NCBI GenBank assembly: GCA_963739305.1
Contig: CAVTZU010000020.1
Location: forward strand, 32,001-96,000
Length of the DNA: 64,000 bases
Source: Candidatus Bathyarchaeota archaeon
GTDB taxonomy: Archaea; Thermoproteota; Bathyarchaeia; Bathyarchaeales; Bathycorpusculaceae
Direction of reading: 5' to 3'
Part shown: one piece after another, positions 1 to 9,823 of the stretch
Numbering within the stretch: the stretch's first letter is position 1
Layout: every line of letters begins with the position of its first letter
The notes under the pieces: model-generated
The model's database searches: none
What the model saw: only the letters and a program-made list of their open reading frames with translations
What the model was told of the DNA's origin: nothing
Program-made: the position numbers and the translations under genes

Positions 1-830
1 GTGCTTCCCACGCTTTTTTCAACAGGAACTGATTCGCCAGTTATCATTGATTCATCGATAAAAGTGTGTCCGTCGATGACAGTTCCGTCAACCGGAATCC
101 TTGCTCCTGGCTTGACAATCACGGTGTCGCCAATCTGCACTTCGCCGGCAGGGATTTCTTTTTCATGATCTTCTTCCAGGACAGTGGCGGTTTGCGGCTG
201 AAGGGCCATTAGTTTTTTTATCGCGTCTCCTGTTCTTTCAACGGCCATGTCTTCAAGCAGCATGCCAAGCGTTATTGTGGTTATCACCACTGCAGAAGCA
301 TCGAAGAAGCCCATACCATCGGGAATGAAGATTGTTGCATACAGCGAATAGAAATACGCGACTGAGGAACTCAGTGCGACCAGAACGTTCATGTCGGCGA
401 ACCGGTTTCGAATAGACCCATAAGCACCTGTGTAGAAATGCCAGCCGACTATGAATTGAACAGGTGTGGCCAGGATTAAGAGTAAGTAGTTCTTTCCTGG
501 AAAGTTTAAGAGAAAACTGATTATGGCGATGGGTATCGTCAGGGCTAATCCTATGAAGAAAAGAGCCAGTCTTCTTCTGACTTCTTTCCTCTTTTTCTCG
601 GAGAGGTCTTCGATTCTTTCGACGGCTTCGTATCCGCCTCTTTTGACTGCGGCTTTTATTTTGTCCAGGTCAACTTTTTCTTCATCGAATTTGACGACGG
701 CTTCTTTCGTCGCGAAGTTAACGTTGGCTTCTGTAACTCCGTCAAGCCGTTTAAGCCCTGATTCTATCCCCGTTGCGCAAGCCGCACAGTGCATTCCAAG
801 AATCTGAAGAACAACTTCCTTTTCCTTCAC
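1..830 (-). CDS. copA: Copper-translocating P1B-type ATPase, 5' part (continues beyond window start)
   Basis: Manual translation of the minus strand shows an HMA motif GMHCAAC, ANVNFATKEA, ADMNVLVAL, KPGARIPVDG and IDESMITGESVPVEK. Probable GTG start at 830 with a GAGG RBS. Confidence 0.9.
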   Translation of the reverse strand, partial: MKEKEVVLQILGMHCAACATGIESGLKRLDGVTEANVNFATKEAVVKFDEEKVDLDKIKAAVKRGGYEAVERIEDLSEKKRKEVRRRLALFFIGLALTIPIAIISFLLNFPGKNYLLLILATPVQFIVGWHFYTGAYGSIRNRFADMNVLVALSSSVAYFYSLYATIFIPDGMGFFDASAVVITTITLGMLLEDMAVERTGDAIKKLMALQPQTATVLEEDHEKEIPAGEVQIGDTVIVKPGARIPVDGTVIDGHTFIDESMITGESVPVEKSVGS

Positions 831-861
831 GAACAAACCTCAAACATAAAATGAATGGTCC

Positions 862-1506
862 TCATCGAGCACCGAGGAGTACATGTTCCAAGAATACGTT
901 CTCAGGCACAGCACCCACAAACTCTACTTTGTCGTTGACTACCACCTTGGGAACTCCCATTACGCCGTATTTTACGGCTAGTTGTGGGAACTCGCCAGCG
1001 TCCACTACGTCCGCCGTTATCTTTTCATTCTCGACGGCAAACTTGTGGGCCATAGCTGCCGAAACGGGGCAGTGTGGGCAAGTGAGGGTGACGAAGACTT
1101 GGATGTGAACAGGCGTGTTTATCGTGCGAAGTTTTGCTTTTGTCTCTTCCGTCAGGTCTGTTTTCCCTTGAGAAACAATTGTCAGGGCCGACATGAGAGT
1201 CTGAAATTCATACCCATACGGGAGCCCGAAGAGCCTGATGCCGTAGTCTCTTGCGCCCAATAGAACCATTCCTGGGACCTTGTCGATTCCGTACTGCTTT
1301 GCTAACTCGGCGTCTGTAACGAAGTCATGGACTTCCGCAAGGATTTTGTCGTTCAGTGCGGCAAGTTCGGTCACCAACTGCTTCGTTTGCGTGCAGAATT
1401 GGCATTCCATTTCTTCAGTGAACATGATTAATCTGACTGGATTCACAAGGTTCTCAGCCAACTGGCTCTTTACGCGTTCCTTGTGCTCTTCAGGTATCAG
1501 ACTCAT
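862..1506 (-). CDS. Protein disulfide oxidoreductase (two thioredoxin folds, archaeal PDO type)
   Basis: Two CxxC motifs (CQFC, CPHC), plus VMGVPK, FVGAVPE and GLPYGYEFQTL. Confidence 0.9.
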   Translation of the reverse strand: MSLIPEEHKERVKSQLAENLVNPVRLIMFTEEMECQFCTQTKQLVTELAALNDKILAEVHDFVTDAELAKQYGIDKVPGMVLLGARDYGIRLFGLPYGYEFQTLMSALTIVSQGKTDLTEETKAKLRTINTPVHIQVFVTLTCPHCPVSAAMAHKFAVENEKITADVVDAGEFPQLAVKYGVMGVPKVVVNDKVEFVGAVPENVFLEHVLLGAR

Positions 1507-1699
1507 TTTTCCACGACCACCCTTTTCGCCTGAATCACTTCATCAAAACTCATTTTCGACTGTTTCTGCTACATTTCTAATGTTCCAACCCTCTCTGATA
1601 TTAACTTATAGCCCTCACAGCAGCGAATCATCCTTTATTAGGAAGGAGGTCTAACCTTGATTTTTCAGACTGAACAGCTGATATAAGATGTGAAATGTA

Positions 1700-2116
1700 A
1701 TGACGAAACTTCATGCGAAGGCAAAGTTGGTTGAAAACTTCAGAATCGATGTCGATGACCAGAGAAATCACGCGGTAGCTTTGGATCTTGAGCCGCCTGA
1801 CGGAACTGACATGGGACCATCGGCACTTGAACTCTGTCTAATGAGCTTTGCGGGGTGCTACGCCACCATTTTTGTGTTGACGGCAAACAAGATGAGGTTC
1901 AAGCTGAAGAATTTGGAAGTGAAAGTTGATGCGGTGAAATCAGAAGAAGCGGGGACGATAACGGAAGCCAACGTTCACATTCTAGTTGACTCTGATTTGC
2001 CGAAGGACAGACTACAGAGGGCCCATGAACTAACTTTGAAGACCTGTCCCGTCGGAATACTCTTCGACCGTGCAGACGTGAAGATAAAGTATGTTTTGAA
2101 AACCCCTGAGAACTAG
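1700..2116 (+). CDS. OsmC/Ohr family protein
   Basis: D.EPP.G.D.GPS.LEL.L.S.AGC motif and a C-terminal CPV. Confidence 0.85.
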   Translation: MTKLHAKAKLVENFRIDVDDQRNHAVALDLEPPDGTDMGPSALELCLMSFAGCYATIFVLTANKMRFKLKNLEVKVDAVKSEEAGTITEANVHILVDSDLPKDRLQRAHELTLKTCPVGILFDRADVKIKYVLKTPEN

Positions 2117-2157
2117 CCGCTTCGCAATTTGGTTTTTCCTGCGTGTTCTCCTGGCGG

Positions 2158-4251
2158 CTAGCTTGGGAATGGACAGTTTTGTGTTGGACATCCTCCTGAG
2201 TATTCTGAGGCAAAGGAGACGAATGTGCCTTTTTCGGTTTTAATTTCGCCGATGTAGAGAACCTGTTCGGGTTTGCTTCCGTATCTGAAGATAGTAACGC
2301 CTTTGCACTTCAGCTTCCAGGCGAGATCGTATATGTTTCTCACGTCTTCGGACGTTGCTTCTGTGGGCAGATTGACGGTTTTTGAGACGGCGTTGTCGGT
2401 GTACTTTTGGAACGCTGCTTGTATGCGTATGTGCCATTCAGGTTTGATATCTAATGCTGTAACGAAAAGTCTCTTCACGTCGTCGGGGACTCCTTCGATT
2501 TTTTGCACGGACCCAGTCTTGGCTATTTCTTCAAGAAGCTTCGTGCTGTAGAAGCCCCTTTCTTTTGTGACGGCTTCGAATAGGGGGTTGGTTTCGAAAA
2601 GTCTGGTTCCGCTGAGAACGTTTCTTATGAATGAAATGGCGAATATTGGTTCGATGCCCGAAGAGCAACCTGCGATTATGCTTATCGTGCCTGTCGGAGC
2701 GATTGTTGTGACCGTGGCATTCCTAAATGCCGGATACTTTTGTTTCCATATGCTTCCTTCGAAGTTGGGGAAAGATCCCCTCTCCTCCGCCAACTGGACA
2801 GACATCTTGTGTGATTCTTCCTCGATGAACTTCATTATCTTCTCGCCCGTTGTCAAAGCCTGCTCCGTGTCATAGGGTATTCTGAGCTTGATGAGCATGT
2901 CAGCGAAGCCCATAACTCCAAGGCCGATCTTTCTATTCGCGCACGTTATCTTCGCAGTCTCTTTGAGAGGGTACCTGTTCGCTTCCACAACGTTGTCAAG
3001 AAAATGAACCGCATTCCTAACAGTTTCTCTCAGTTTTTCCCAGTCTATCTTTCCCTTTTCGACAATTCGTGAAAGATTGATCGAGCCCAAATTGCATGAC
3101 TCATAAGGAAGCAACGGCTGCTCGCCACAGGGATTCGTGGACTCCATCCTGCCGACCTTGGGCGTGGGGTTGTGCCTGTTGATTTCGTCGATGAAGACGA
3201 CGCCGGGATCGCCGCTTGCCCATGCGGATCTTGCTATTGAATTCCAGACGTCTTTGGCGTTGAGTTTCTTCGTTTTTTCCTTGTTCCTGGGGTTAACCAG
3301 CCAGTATTCACCTTCTTTTTCTACGGCTTTCATGAAATCGTCGGTTGCCGCTACCGATATGTTGAAGTTGGAGAGAAAGCCTGGCTGCTGCTTTGAGCTT
3401 ATGAATTCCTCCACGTCCGGGTGATCAACTCTAAGGATCGCCATCATTGCTCCGCGGCGTTTTCCCCCGGCTTTTATGACTTCGGTGCTCGTGTCAAAGA
3501 TCCTCATAAAGCTCACAGGGCCCGACGCGACACCCTTGGTTGATTTGACCAGGTCGCCTTTGGGTCGCAGCCTGGAGAAGTCGAAGCCAACTCCTCCGCC
3601 GCTTTTCTCGATTATGGCCATGTTTCTTGCGGCGCCGAAAATTCCTTCCAATGAATCTTCAACCGGCAAAACGAAACACGCAGAAAGTTGGCCAAGCTTA
3701 GTACCAGCGTTGAACAACGTCGGGGTGTTGGGCAAGAACTCTAGTTTGGCCATCATTTCATGGAAGGTTTTTTCGCTTCGCTTTGGGTTTCCTTGAAACT
3801 TCGCGTCTGTTCTTGCTATTGCTTTTGCCACTCTGTTGAACAACTGGGCGGGTGTTTCTATTATTCTCTCATTTTCATCTCTCAGTAAGTATCTTTGTCT
3901 CAGAACTTCCAAGGCGTTTACTGTTAATTTGGGCTCTTCAATGCCCAGTTTTTCCCGCAGTTTGCGGATTTCCAGTTTCTTTTCTCTAAATGCTTGATAT
4001 TCTTGGGCAACTTTGTCGTAGCCCCACTTCTTCAAAACTTCTACTACGACGTCCTGAGCGTCTTCAACTGAAGGAATCCTTTCCTTGAACTTCGACTCGA
4101 GAAGTCGGACGACCTCTTGAGTCACGTTTTCAGCTTTTTGTCCGTCTCCAAGCTCGACGGCGATGAACGCCTTGTATATCGCGTCTCTGATTCGTTTAGA
4201 GTCGAAATCAACGACTCTGCCGTCTCTCTTGATTATCTTCGTGATCGTCAT
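2158..4251 (-). CDS. nrdJ: Class II (adenosylcobalamin-dependent) ribonucleotide reductase with N-terminal ATP cone
   Basis: IKRDGRVVDFD ATP cone, FLPNTPTLFNAG, QLSACFVLP, TNPCGEQPL, CNLGSINL, TIAPTGTIS, SGIEP and a C-terminal Cys pair. Confidence 0.95.
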   Translation of the reverse strand: MTITKIIKRDGRVVDFDSKRIRDAIYKAFIAVELGDGQKAENVTQEVVRLLESKFKERIPSVEDAQDVVVEVLKKWGYDKVAQEYQAFREKKLEIRKLREKLGIEEPKLTVNALEVLRQRYLLRDENERIIETPAQLFNRVAKAIARTDAKFQGNPKRSEKTFHEMMAKLEFLPNTPTLFNAGTKLGQLSACFVLPVEDSLEGIFGAARNMAIIEKSGGGVGFDFSRLRPKGDLVKSTKGVASGPVSFMRIFDTSTEVIKAGGKRRGAMMAILRVDHPDVEEFISSKQQPGFLSNFNISVAATDDFMKAVEKEGEYWLVNPRNKEKTKKLNAKDVWNSIARSAWASGDPGVVFIDEINRHNPTPKVGRMESTNPCGEQPLLPYESCNLGSINLSRIVEKGKIDWEKLRETVRNAVHFLDNVVEANRYPLKETAKITCANRKIGLGVMGFADMLIKLRIPYDTEQALTTGEKIMKFIEEESHKMSVQLAEERGSFPNFEGSIWKQKYPAFRNATVTTIAPTGTISIIAGCSSGIEPIFAISFIRNVLSGTRLFETNPLFEAVTKERGFYSTKLLEEIAKTGSVQKIEGVPDDVKRLFVTALDIKPEWHIRIQAAFQKYTDNAVSKTVNLPTEATSEDVRNIYDLAWKLKCKGVTIFRYGSKPEQVLYIGEIKTEKGTFVSFASEYSGGCPTQNCPFPS

Positions 4252-4505
4252 AGCCTATCAATTAAACTCTGCTAGAATCTGCATATAAATTCTTTAGTAT
4301 CTCCACGTTGTGCAACAAAAAAAGACGAACACAGTGTTCTCATGCATAACGCGTACTATTGTTCACTGAGAAAAGAGATTGATCTTGTATTGTTGGTCTA
4401 CTTGTTGCGCCTTGAGCGCCGCAGTAACGGTCAAGACGAAGTCTAGAAACTTTTATTACGAAGCAGAAAAGCCTTACAACATCTTCGGAAAGGTTGGAAT
4501 ACAGT

Positions 4506-4907
4506 TTGATCGATGCGATTGACCACATCGGGATTGCCGTCAAAGACCTTGATGAGGCGATACGTGTTTACCGTGACGTTCTAGGTTTCAAGCTTGAAGG
4601 AGTCCACACCTTTAGTGAGCGAATGCTGAAAATCGCTTTCTTTTCCCTGGGAGAAAGCCGAATCGAGCTTCTTCAGCCTCTTAGTCCTGATAGCACGGTG
4701 GCAAAGTTTCTTGCAACACGGGGCGAAGGGATTCAGCATCTGGCGGTCAAAGTCAAAAACGTGGAAGCCACAATTGAAGAATTCAAAGGAAAAGGCGTCG
4801 TGCTCGTTGATGAGACTCCGAGACTAGGAGTCGGAGGAAACAAGATCGCCTTCGTGCATCCGAAAAGCACTCGGGGCGTCCTTCTGGAGCTAGTTGAAAA
4901 ACCCTGA
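4506..4907 (+). CDS. mce: Methylmalonyl-CoA epimerase (VOC family)
   Basis: IDHIGIAVKDL, IELLQP, GEGIQHLA and FVHPKSTRGVLLELVE. Lies next to a carboxyltransferase and near the mutase. Confidence 0.9.
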   Translation: MIDAIDHIGIAVKDLDEAIRVYRDVLGFKLEGVHTFSERMLKIAFFSLGESRIELLQPLSPDSTVAKFLATRGEGIQHLAVKVKNVEATIEEFKGKGVVLVDETPRLGVGGNKIAFVHPKSTRGVLLELVEKP

Positions 4908-4990
4908 GCGCAAGTAAGCAGTTGGCAATCTTTCCCCGTATGTTCTAAATACCCGTGCAATAGTATATTGGAAAATGCAGGGATAAGCAT

Positions 4991-6559
4991 ATGAACTCGG
5001 GAAAAGAGCCGACGACTGAAGAGAAGATCAAAGAACTACGAAAGCTGAACGATCAAGCCAAACTGGGCGGCGGGCAAAAGAGAATCGAAGACCAACATGC
5101 AAAAGGCAAACTGACTGCTCGAGAACGCATTGACTTGCTGCTTGACGCTGGAAGCTTCAATGAGCTTGACCGTTTTGTCGTTCATCAATGCACCGAATTT
5201 GGTGTAGGAGACAAAAAGATTCCCGGCGACGGCGTCGTAACAGGTTATGGCACGATTGACGGTCGGCTTGTCTACGTTTTCTCACAAGACTTCACCGTTT
5301 TTGGTGGCTCACTGGGAGAGATGTTCGCGAAAAAAGTGTGTAAACTCATGGATTTGGCAATCAAAACAGGTGCGCCCGTCATAGGATTGAACGACAGCGG
5401 CGGAGCCCGCATACAAGAAGGCGTCGCGAGCCTCGCCGGATACGGTGACATCTTTTTCCGAAACGTCACCAGCTCAGGCGTCGTTCCGCAGATTTCTGCA
5501 GTGCTAGGCCCCTGCGCGGGCGGAGCGGTCTATTCGCCCGCACTCACGGACTTCATAATCATGGTTGACAAGACCAGCCACATGTTCATCACCGGTCCGG
5601 ACGTCGTCAAAACCGTGCTCGGACAAGAAGTCAGTTTTGAAGAGCTTGGCGGGGCCATGGTTCATAGCACGACAAGCGGCGTCACCCACTTCATCGCGAA
5701 AGATGAAGAACACTGCATGCAGATTATCAAGAAGCTTCTGAGTTATTTGCCGAGCAACCACTTGGAAGATCCGCCTATTGTTGAGACGGGAGACGATCCT
5801 GACCGTACGGATGAGACCTTGGTGAAGGTTCTGCCTGAAGATCCTGACAAGCCCTACGACGTGAAAGAAATAATCCATCGCGTGGTTGATAACAACGAGT
5901 TCTTCGAAGTTCAACCTCTTTGGGCACAAAACATAGTCATCGGCTTCGGCAGATTGAACGGCAGGACGGTCGGGTTGGTTGCGAACCAGCCAGCCCATAA
6001 CGCGGGGGCTCTGGACATAAACAGTTCCATGAAGGCGGGGCGGTTCGTCCGTTTCTGCGACGCCTTCAACATTCCAATAATAACCTTTGTCGACGTACCA
6101 GGCTTCTTGCCGGGTATTGAACAGGAACATGGCGGCATAATAAAGCACGGCTCAAAACTGCTTTATGCCTACTGTGAAGCAACGGTTCCCAAGATCACGG
6201 TCATACTTCGCAAAGACTACGGTGGAGCCTACGATGTCATGGGATCAAAACACAGCGGGGCAGACATAAATTATGCTTGGCCTACCGCTGAAATCGCCGT
6301 GATGGGACCACATGGAGCAATAAATATCATATTCAGAAAAGAAATAGCAGAGGCAAAAGATCCGAAACAGAAGCATAATGAACTCGTGAGTGAATACCGT
6401 CAGAAATTTGCGAGCCCCTACATCGCCGCGCAGAAAGGTTACATAGATGAAGTGATCGAACCAGCGGAAACAAGACCGAAACTGATCAGTGCATTGGAAA
6501 GCTTGACCACAAAACGCGAAACCAGACCATCGAGAAAACACTCCAACGTGCCACTTTGA
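4991..6559 (+). CDS. Acyl-CoA carboxyltransferase (methylmalonyl-CoA decarboxylase alpha / propionyl-CoA carboxylase beta / transcarboxylase 12S type)
   Basis: [38 protein letters not shown] and RKHSNVPL. Confidence 0.93.
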   Translation: MNSGKEPTTEEKIKELRKLNDQAKLGGGQKRIEDQHAKGKLTARERIDLLLDAGSFNELDRFVVHQCTEFGVGDKKIPGDGVVTGYGTIDGRLVYVFSQDFTVFGGSLGEMFAKKVCKLMDLAIKTGAPVIGLNDSGGARIQEGVASLAGYGDIFFRNVTSSGVVPQISAVLGPCAGGAVYSPALTDFIIMVDKTSHMFITGPDVVKTVLGQEVSFEELGGAMVHSTTSGVTHFIAKDEEHCMQIIKKLLSYLPSNHLEDPPIVETGDDPDRTDETLVKVLPEDPDKPYDVKEIIHRVVDNNEFFEVQPLWAQNIVIGFGRLNGRTVGLVANQPAHNAGALDINSSMKAGRFVRFCDAFNIPIITFVDVPGFLPGIEQEHGGIIKHGSKLLYAYCEATVPKITVILRKDYGGAYDVMGSKHSGADINYAWPTAEIAVMGPHGAINIIFRKEIAEAKDPKQKHNELVSEYRQKFASPYIAAQKGYIDEVIEPAETRPKLISALESLTTKRETRPSRKHSNVPL

Positions 6560-6725
6560 AACAGCGCTATTGCATTTTCTTCCTTTCGGTAGGCGCCTGA
6601 AGAAAGAGTTTCCACACGCGCTGGAAGACCTACCTAATCAAATGCATGAGGATATTGCATTCGAGATACGTATGCTAGCACTTTCAATATTATTATTAAT
6701 TAGAAGGAACGATAGTGCTTAGTCA

Positions 6726-7445
6726 ATGAACTGGGTTCTCGTCGGGCTGGCGTTCACAACATTCTTGTCCACGTTGATAGGCGGGACTTTTGCGATAAGG
6801 CTTAGAAAGGCTCTGCCCTACTTCTTCGCTTTTGCCGCAGGGAGTCTGCTTGCGGTCACCTTCTTCGATATATTGCCAGAAAGCTTGGAAATTTCTGCAT
6901 CGGCAAGCCTCTCTACGAAGTACATAATGATTACAGTCGTGGCATCCTTCCTGTTCTATAGTTTCTTGGAGAAGTTCTTCCTAGTTCATTACCATGAAGA
7001 AAACGGAGGACATGCACACATAATGGGTCCGGTCGGAGCTGGAACCTTGGTTATCCACAGTTTCCTAGACGGAGTAGCCATAGGAGCAGCGTATCAAGTA
7101 AACGCAACGATTGGTCTGCTAGTGGCTTTGGCTGTAATCTTTCATGACTTCACTGACGGGATTAACACGGTCACCCTTATGTTGAAGAACAAGCAGCGTG
7201 TCAGAAACGCGACGATTTTCTTAGTAATGGATGCCATAGCTCCCGTCTCGGGAGTCCTTATCACATCATTGATTAGCATAAACCAGACAGTTCTTGCCTT
7301 GATACTAGCAGTATTTGCTGGAGAGTTCCTCTATATTGGAGCAGTCAACCTGATGCCAGAAACGCACAAATATCCAAATTGGAAAACAGTTGCATCGACG
7401 ATGCTGGCTGTTCTGCTGATTTTGGGACTTACATCAGTAATTTAG
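6726..7445 (+). CDS. ZIP family metal transporter
   Basis: FAAGSLL...DILPES, HSFLDGVAIG, AVIFHDFTDG and multiple TM segments. Confidence 0.9.
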   Translation: MNWVLVGLAFTTFLSTLIGGTFAIRLRKALPYFFAFAAGSLLAVTFFDILPESLEISASASLSTKYIMITVVASFLFYSFLEKFFLVHYHEENGGHAHIMGPVGAGTLVIHSFLDGVAIGAAYQVNATIGLLVALAVIFHDFTDGINTVTLMLKNKQRVRNATIFLVMDAIAPVSGVLITSLISINQTVLALILAVFAGEFLYIGAVNLMPETHKYPNWKTVASTMLAVLLILGLTSVI

Positions 7446-7660
7446 AAAAGGCTGTGAAAATACAGACTGGACTAGTATGTTCCAACGGGCGCTAGAATGT
7501 TTTGTTAGATTCTGGGAATTGACTTGAATTTAGACGCGCGCGCTATTTAGACTCCGCAACAAACATCTCTTCCCCGCCCATTTCGCCGTTATAGATTAAT
7601 ACACCTTCACGACTTCTCTCAAACTCTCGACACCTAATGAACATTGGAGGCTGATCTCAA

Positions 7661-9208
7661 TTGGCTCCGAAACCCGTGAAAATAACAGACACCACCTTCC
7701 GCGACGCTCATCAAAGCCTGATCGCAACAAGAATGCGCACCGACACAATGCTTCCGATCGCCGAGAAAATAGATCAAGTCGGCTTTTTCTCGCTGGAAGC
7801 CTGGGGAGGAGCCACATTCGATGTCGCCATCCGCTATTTAAATGAGGACCCGTGGGAACGCATCCGCCAACTAAAAAGTCACGTTAAGAAAACACCGCTT
7901 CAGATGCTCCTCAGAGGACAGAATGTCGTTGGCTACCGCAACTATCCAGACGATGTTCTCATAAAATTCATTGAAAAAGCAGCTGAAAACGGCATCGACA
8001 TCTTCCGCGTTTTTGACGCCCTGAACGATATAAGAAACATGGAAGTCGCCATCAAAACCATCAAAAAAGTGGGCAAACACGCTCAGGGAACGATAAGCTA
8101 CACCTTAAGCCCGTTCCACACAGTTGAATACTTCGTCACCTTCGCGAAGAAACTTGCAGAACTAGACTGCGATTCCATATGCATCAAAGACATGGCGGGA
8201 ATGCTCGCCCCTCAACCAGCCTACGAACTGGTTTCAGCATTGAAGAAAGAAGTAGGGTTGCCTGTGCAGATGCACAGCCACAGCACGAGCGGAATGGTGA
8301 TGATGACCTATTTCCACGCATGTGAAGCAGGAGCAGATATTCTAGATACCGCTTTCTCACCCCTCGCATGGGGCACATCACAACCGCCAGTAGAATCGGT
8401 TGTCGCTGCTCTGAAAGGAACACCCTACGACACAGGCCTAGACAGCGAACTCCTCAACGAAATCGCGCAGTACTTCCGAGAACTACGAGAAAAATACTAT
8501 GATCCGCTTAAGCTCATTGACCCTAAGGCAGAACGCGTCGACCCCTCCATAATCGTCCACCAAATACCAGGCGGCATGTTCTCAAACCTTCTCGAACAGC
8601 TTCGAGAGCAAAAAGCGCTCGACAGGCTAAACGAAGTTCTCGAGGAAGTCCCCAAAGTACGAAAAGAACTAGGTTACCCGCCGCTCGTTACGCCTACCAG
8701 CCAGCTTGTTGGGATTCAGGCTGTACTCAATGTCATTTCTGGAAAGCGCTACGGCATCGTACCTAAAGAAATTAAAGACTACGTCAAGGGACTATACGGC
8801 CGACCACCTGCACCGATAGACGAAAAGATAAAGAAAAAAATCATCGGCGACGAACAACCCATCACGTGTCGACCAGCCGATCTTCTTGAACCAGCTCTGA
8901 ACAAAATACCAAACGACGTGAAACCCTACATCAAATCCGACGAAGACAAACTGACCTACACACTTTTCCCGCAAACAGCCCTAGAATTCTTCAAGAAAAG
9001 AGAAGAAAAACGTGAGGAAACCAAACCAGGAGTGCCTCCTGAAAAACTTGCTGAACTGGAGGAAGTCGCAGCCCTTTCAGCCGCCGCTATAAGCTACGTG
9101 CAGAGTTTGTCCGGCGTCAAAGCGTTGACCCTGCGAAATAATAAGGGAACATGCTCGTACTGGGTGTTGGCTGCACGTCAAAACCAAACCGACAATGGTG
9201 CACGATGA
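7661..9208 (+). CDS. Pyruvate/oxaloacetate carboxyltransferase (PycB/OadA/transcarboxylase 5S type) without a fused biotinyl domain
   Basis: RDAHQSL.ATRM, WGGATFD, LLRGQN.VGY, IKDMAG, HSHSTSG, HQIPGGM and PPLVTPTSQ. Confidence 0.93.
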   Translation: MAPKPVKITDTTFRDAHQSLIATRMRTDTMLPIAEKIDQVGFFSLEAWGGATFDVAIRYLNEDPWERIRQLKSHVKKTPLQMLLRGQNVVGYRNYPDDVLIKFIEKAAENGIDIFRVFDALNDIRNMEVAIKTIKKVGKHAQGTISYTLSPFHTVEYFVTFAKKLAELDCDSICIKDMAGMLAPQPAYELVSALKKEVGLPVQMHSHSTSGMVMMTYFHACEAGADILDTAFSPLAWGTSQPPVESVVAALKGTPYDTGLDSELLNEIAQYFRELREKYYDPLKLIDPKAERVDPSIIVHQIPGGMFSNLLEQLREQKALDRLNEVLEEVPKVRKELGYPPLVTPTSQLVGIQAVLNVISGKRYGIVPKEIKDYVKGLYGRPPAPIDEKIKKKIIGDEQPITCRPADLLEPALNKIPNDVKPYIKSDEDKLTYTLFPQTALEFFKKREEKREETKPGVPPEKLAELEEVAALSAAAISYVQSLSGVKALTLRNNKGTCSYWVLAARQNQTDNGAR

Positions 9209-9759
9209 TGCCAGAATACGATGTCTACGTCAACGGCAAACCTAGAAAAATCGAGTTAACAAGAAGTGGAGATGATTCCTACGCAGCCAAAATCGACGGC
9301 AAGTCCCGTAGCTTCTCAGTACCCAAGAAGGCACTTGCAGGGAACAAATCCTTCACCATCAAACTAGACGGAAAACCATACCAAATCGAATTTGCGAAAA
9401 CAGACCAGCCCAAAGAAATCTCGATAACAGTTGACAGAACAACTTTCAAAACTGAGGTTAGAATTCCAGCAAGAAAAGCAGCGTTTGCATCGTTTGAACC
9501 GACGACAACTGTGACGAGAAGAGCAGTCGCAAACAAGCAGATCCTTGAAGGTGCGATAAACGCTCCTATGACAGGGAAAATAGTCTCAATCAAAGTCAGC
9601 AAAGGAGACAGCGTGAAAACGAATCAAGTCTTATGCGTCATTGAAGCCATGAAGATGGAGAATGAAATCGCGGCGTCAAAAGCTGGCATAGTAAAGGAAG
9701 TGCTTGTTTCTGTCGGTTCACCTGTCAGTGAGGGCGACCCGTTGGTCGTAATTGCTTAG
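9205..9759 (+). CDS. Biotin carboxyl carrier protein
   Basis: APMTGKI and the EAMKMENE biotinylation motif. The start overlaps the upstream stop (ATGA). Confidence 0.92.
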   Translation: MMPEYDVYVNGKPRKIELTRSGDDSYAAKIDGKSRSFSVPKKALAGNKSFTIKLDGKPYQIEFAKTDQPKEISITVDRTTFKTEVRIPARKAAFASFEPTTTVTRRAVANKQILEGAINAPMTGKIVSIKVSKGDSVKTNQVLCVIEAMKMENEIAASKAGIVKEVLVSVGSPVSEGDPLVVIA

Positions 9760-9780
9760 ATCTCATCCGTAAAGAAAAGC

Positions 9781-9813
9781 CTCAGCTGACACCCGCCGCA
9801 AGAGGGCGCTGAG
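9781..9813. terminator. Possible hairpin between convergent genes
   Basis: CTCAGC...GCTGAG arms enclosing a GC-rich core, located between two convergent stop codons. Confidence 0.3.
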
Positions 9814-9823
9814 TCAGGTCTCA

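Noticed and set aside
4252-4500. Cobalamin riboswitch between nrdJ and mce
   Set aside because: No recognisable B12-box or conserved core could be identified by eye.
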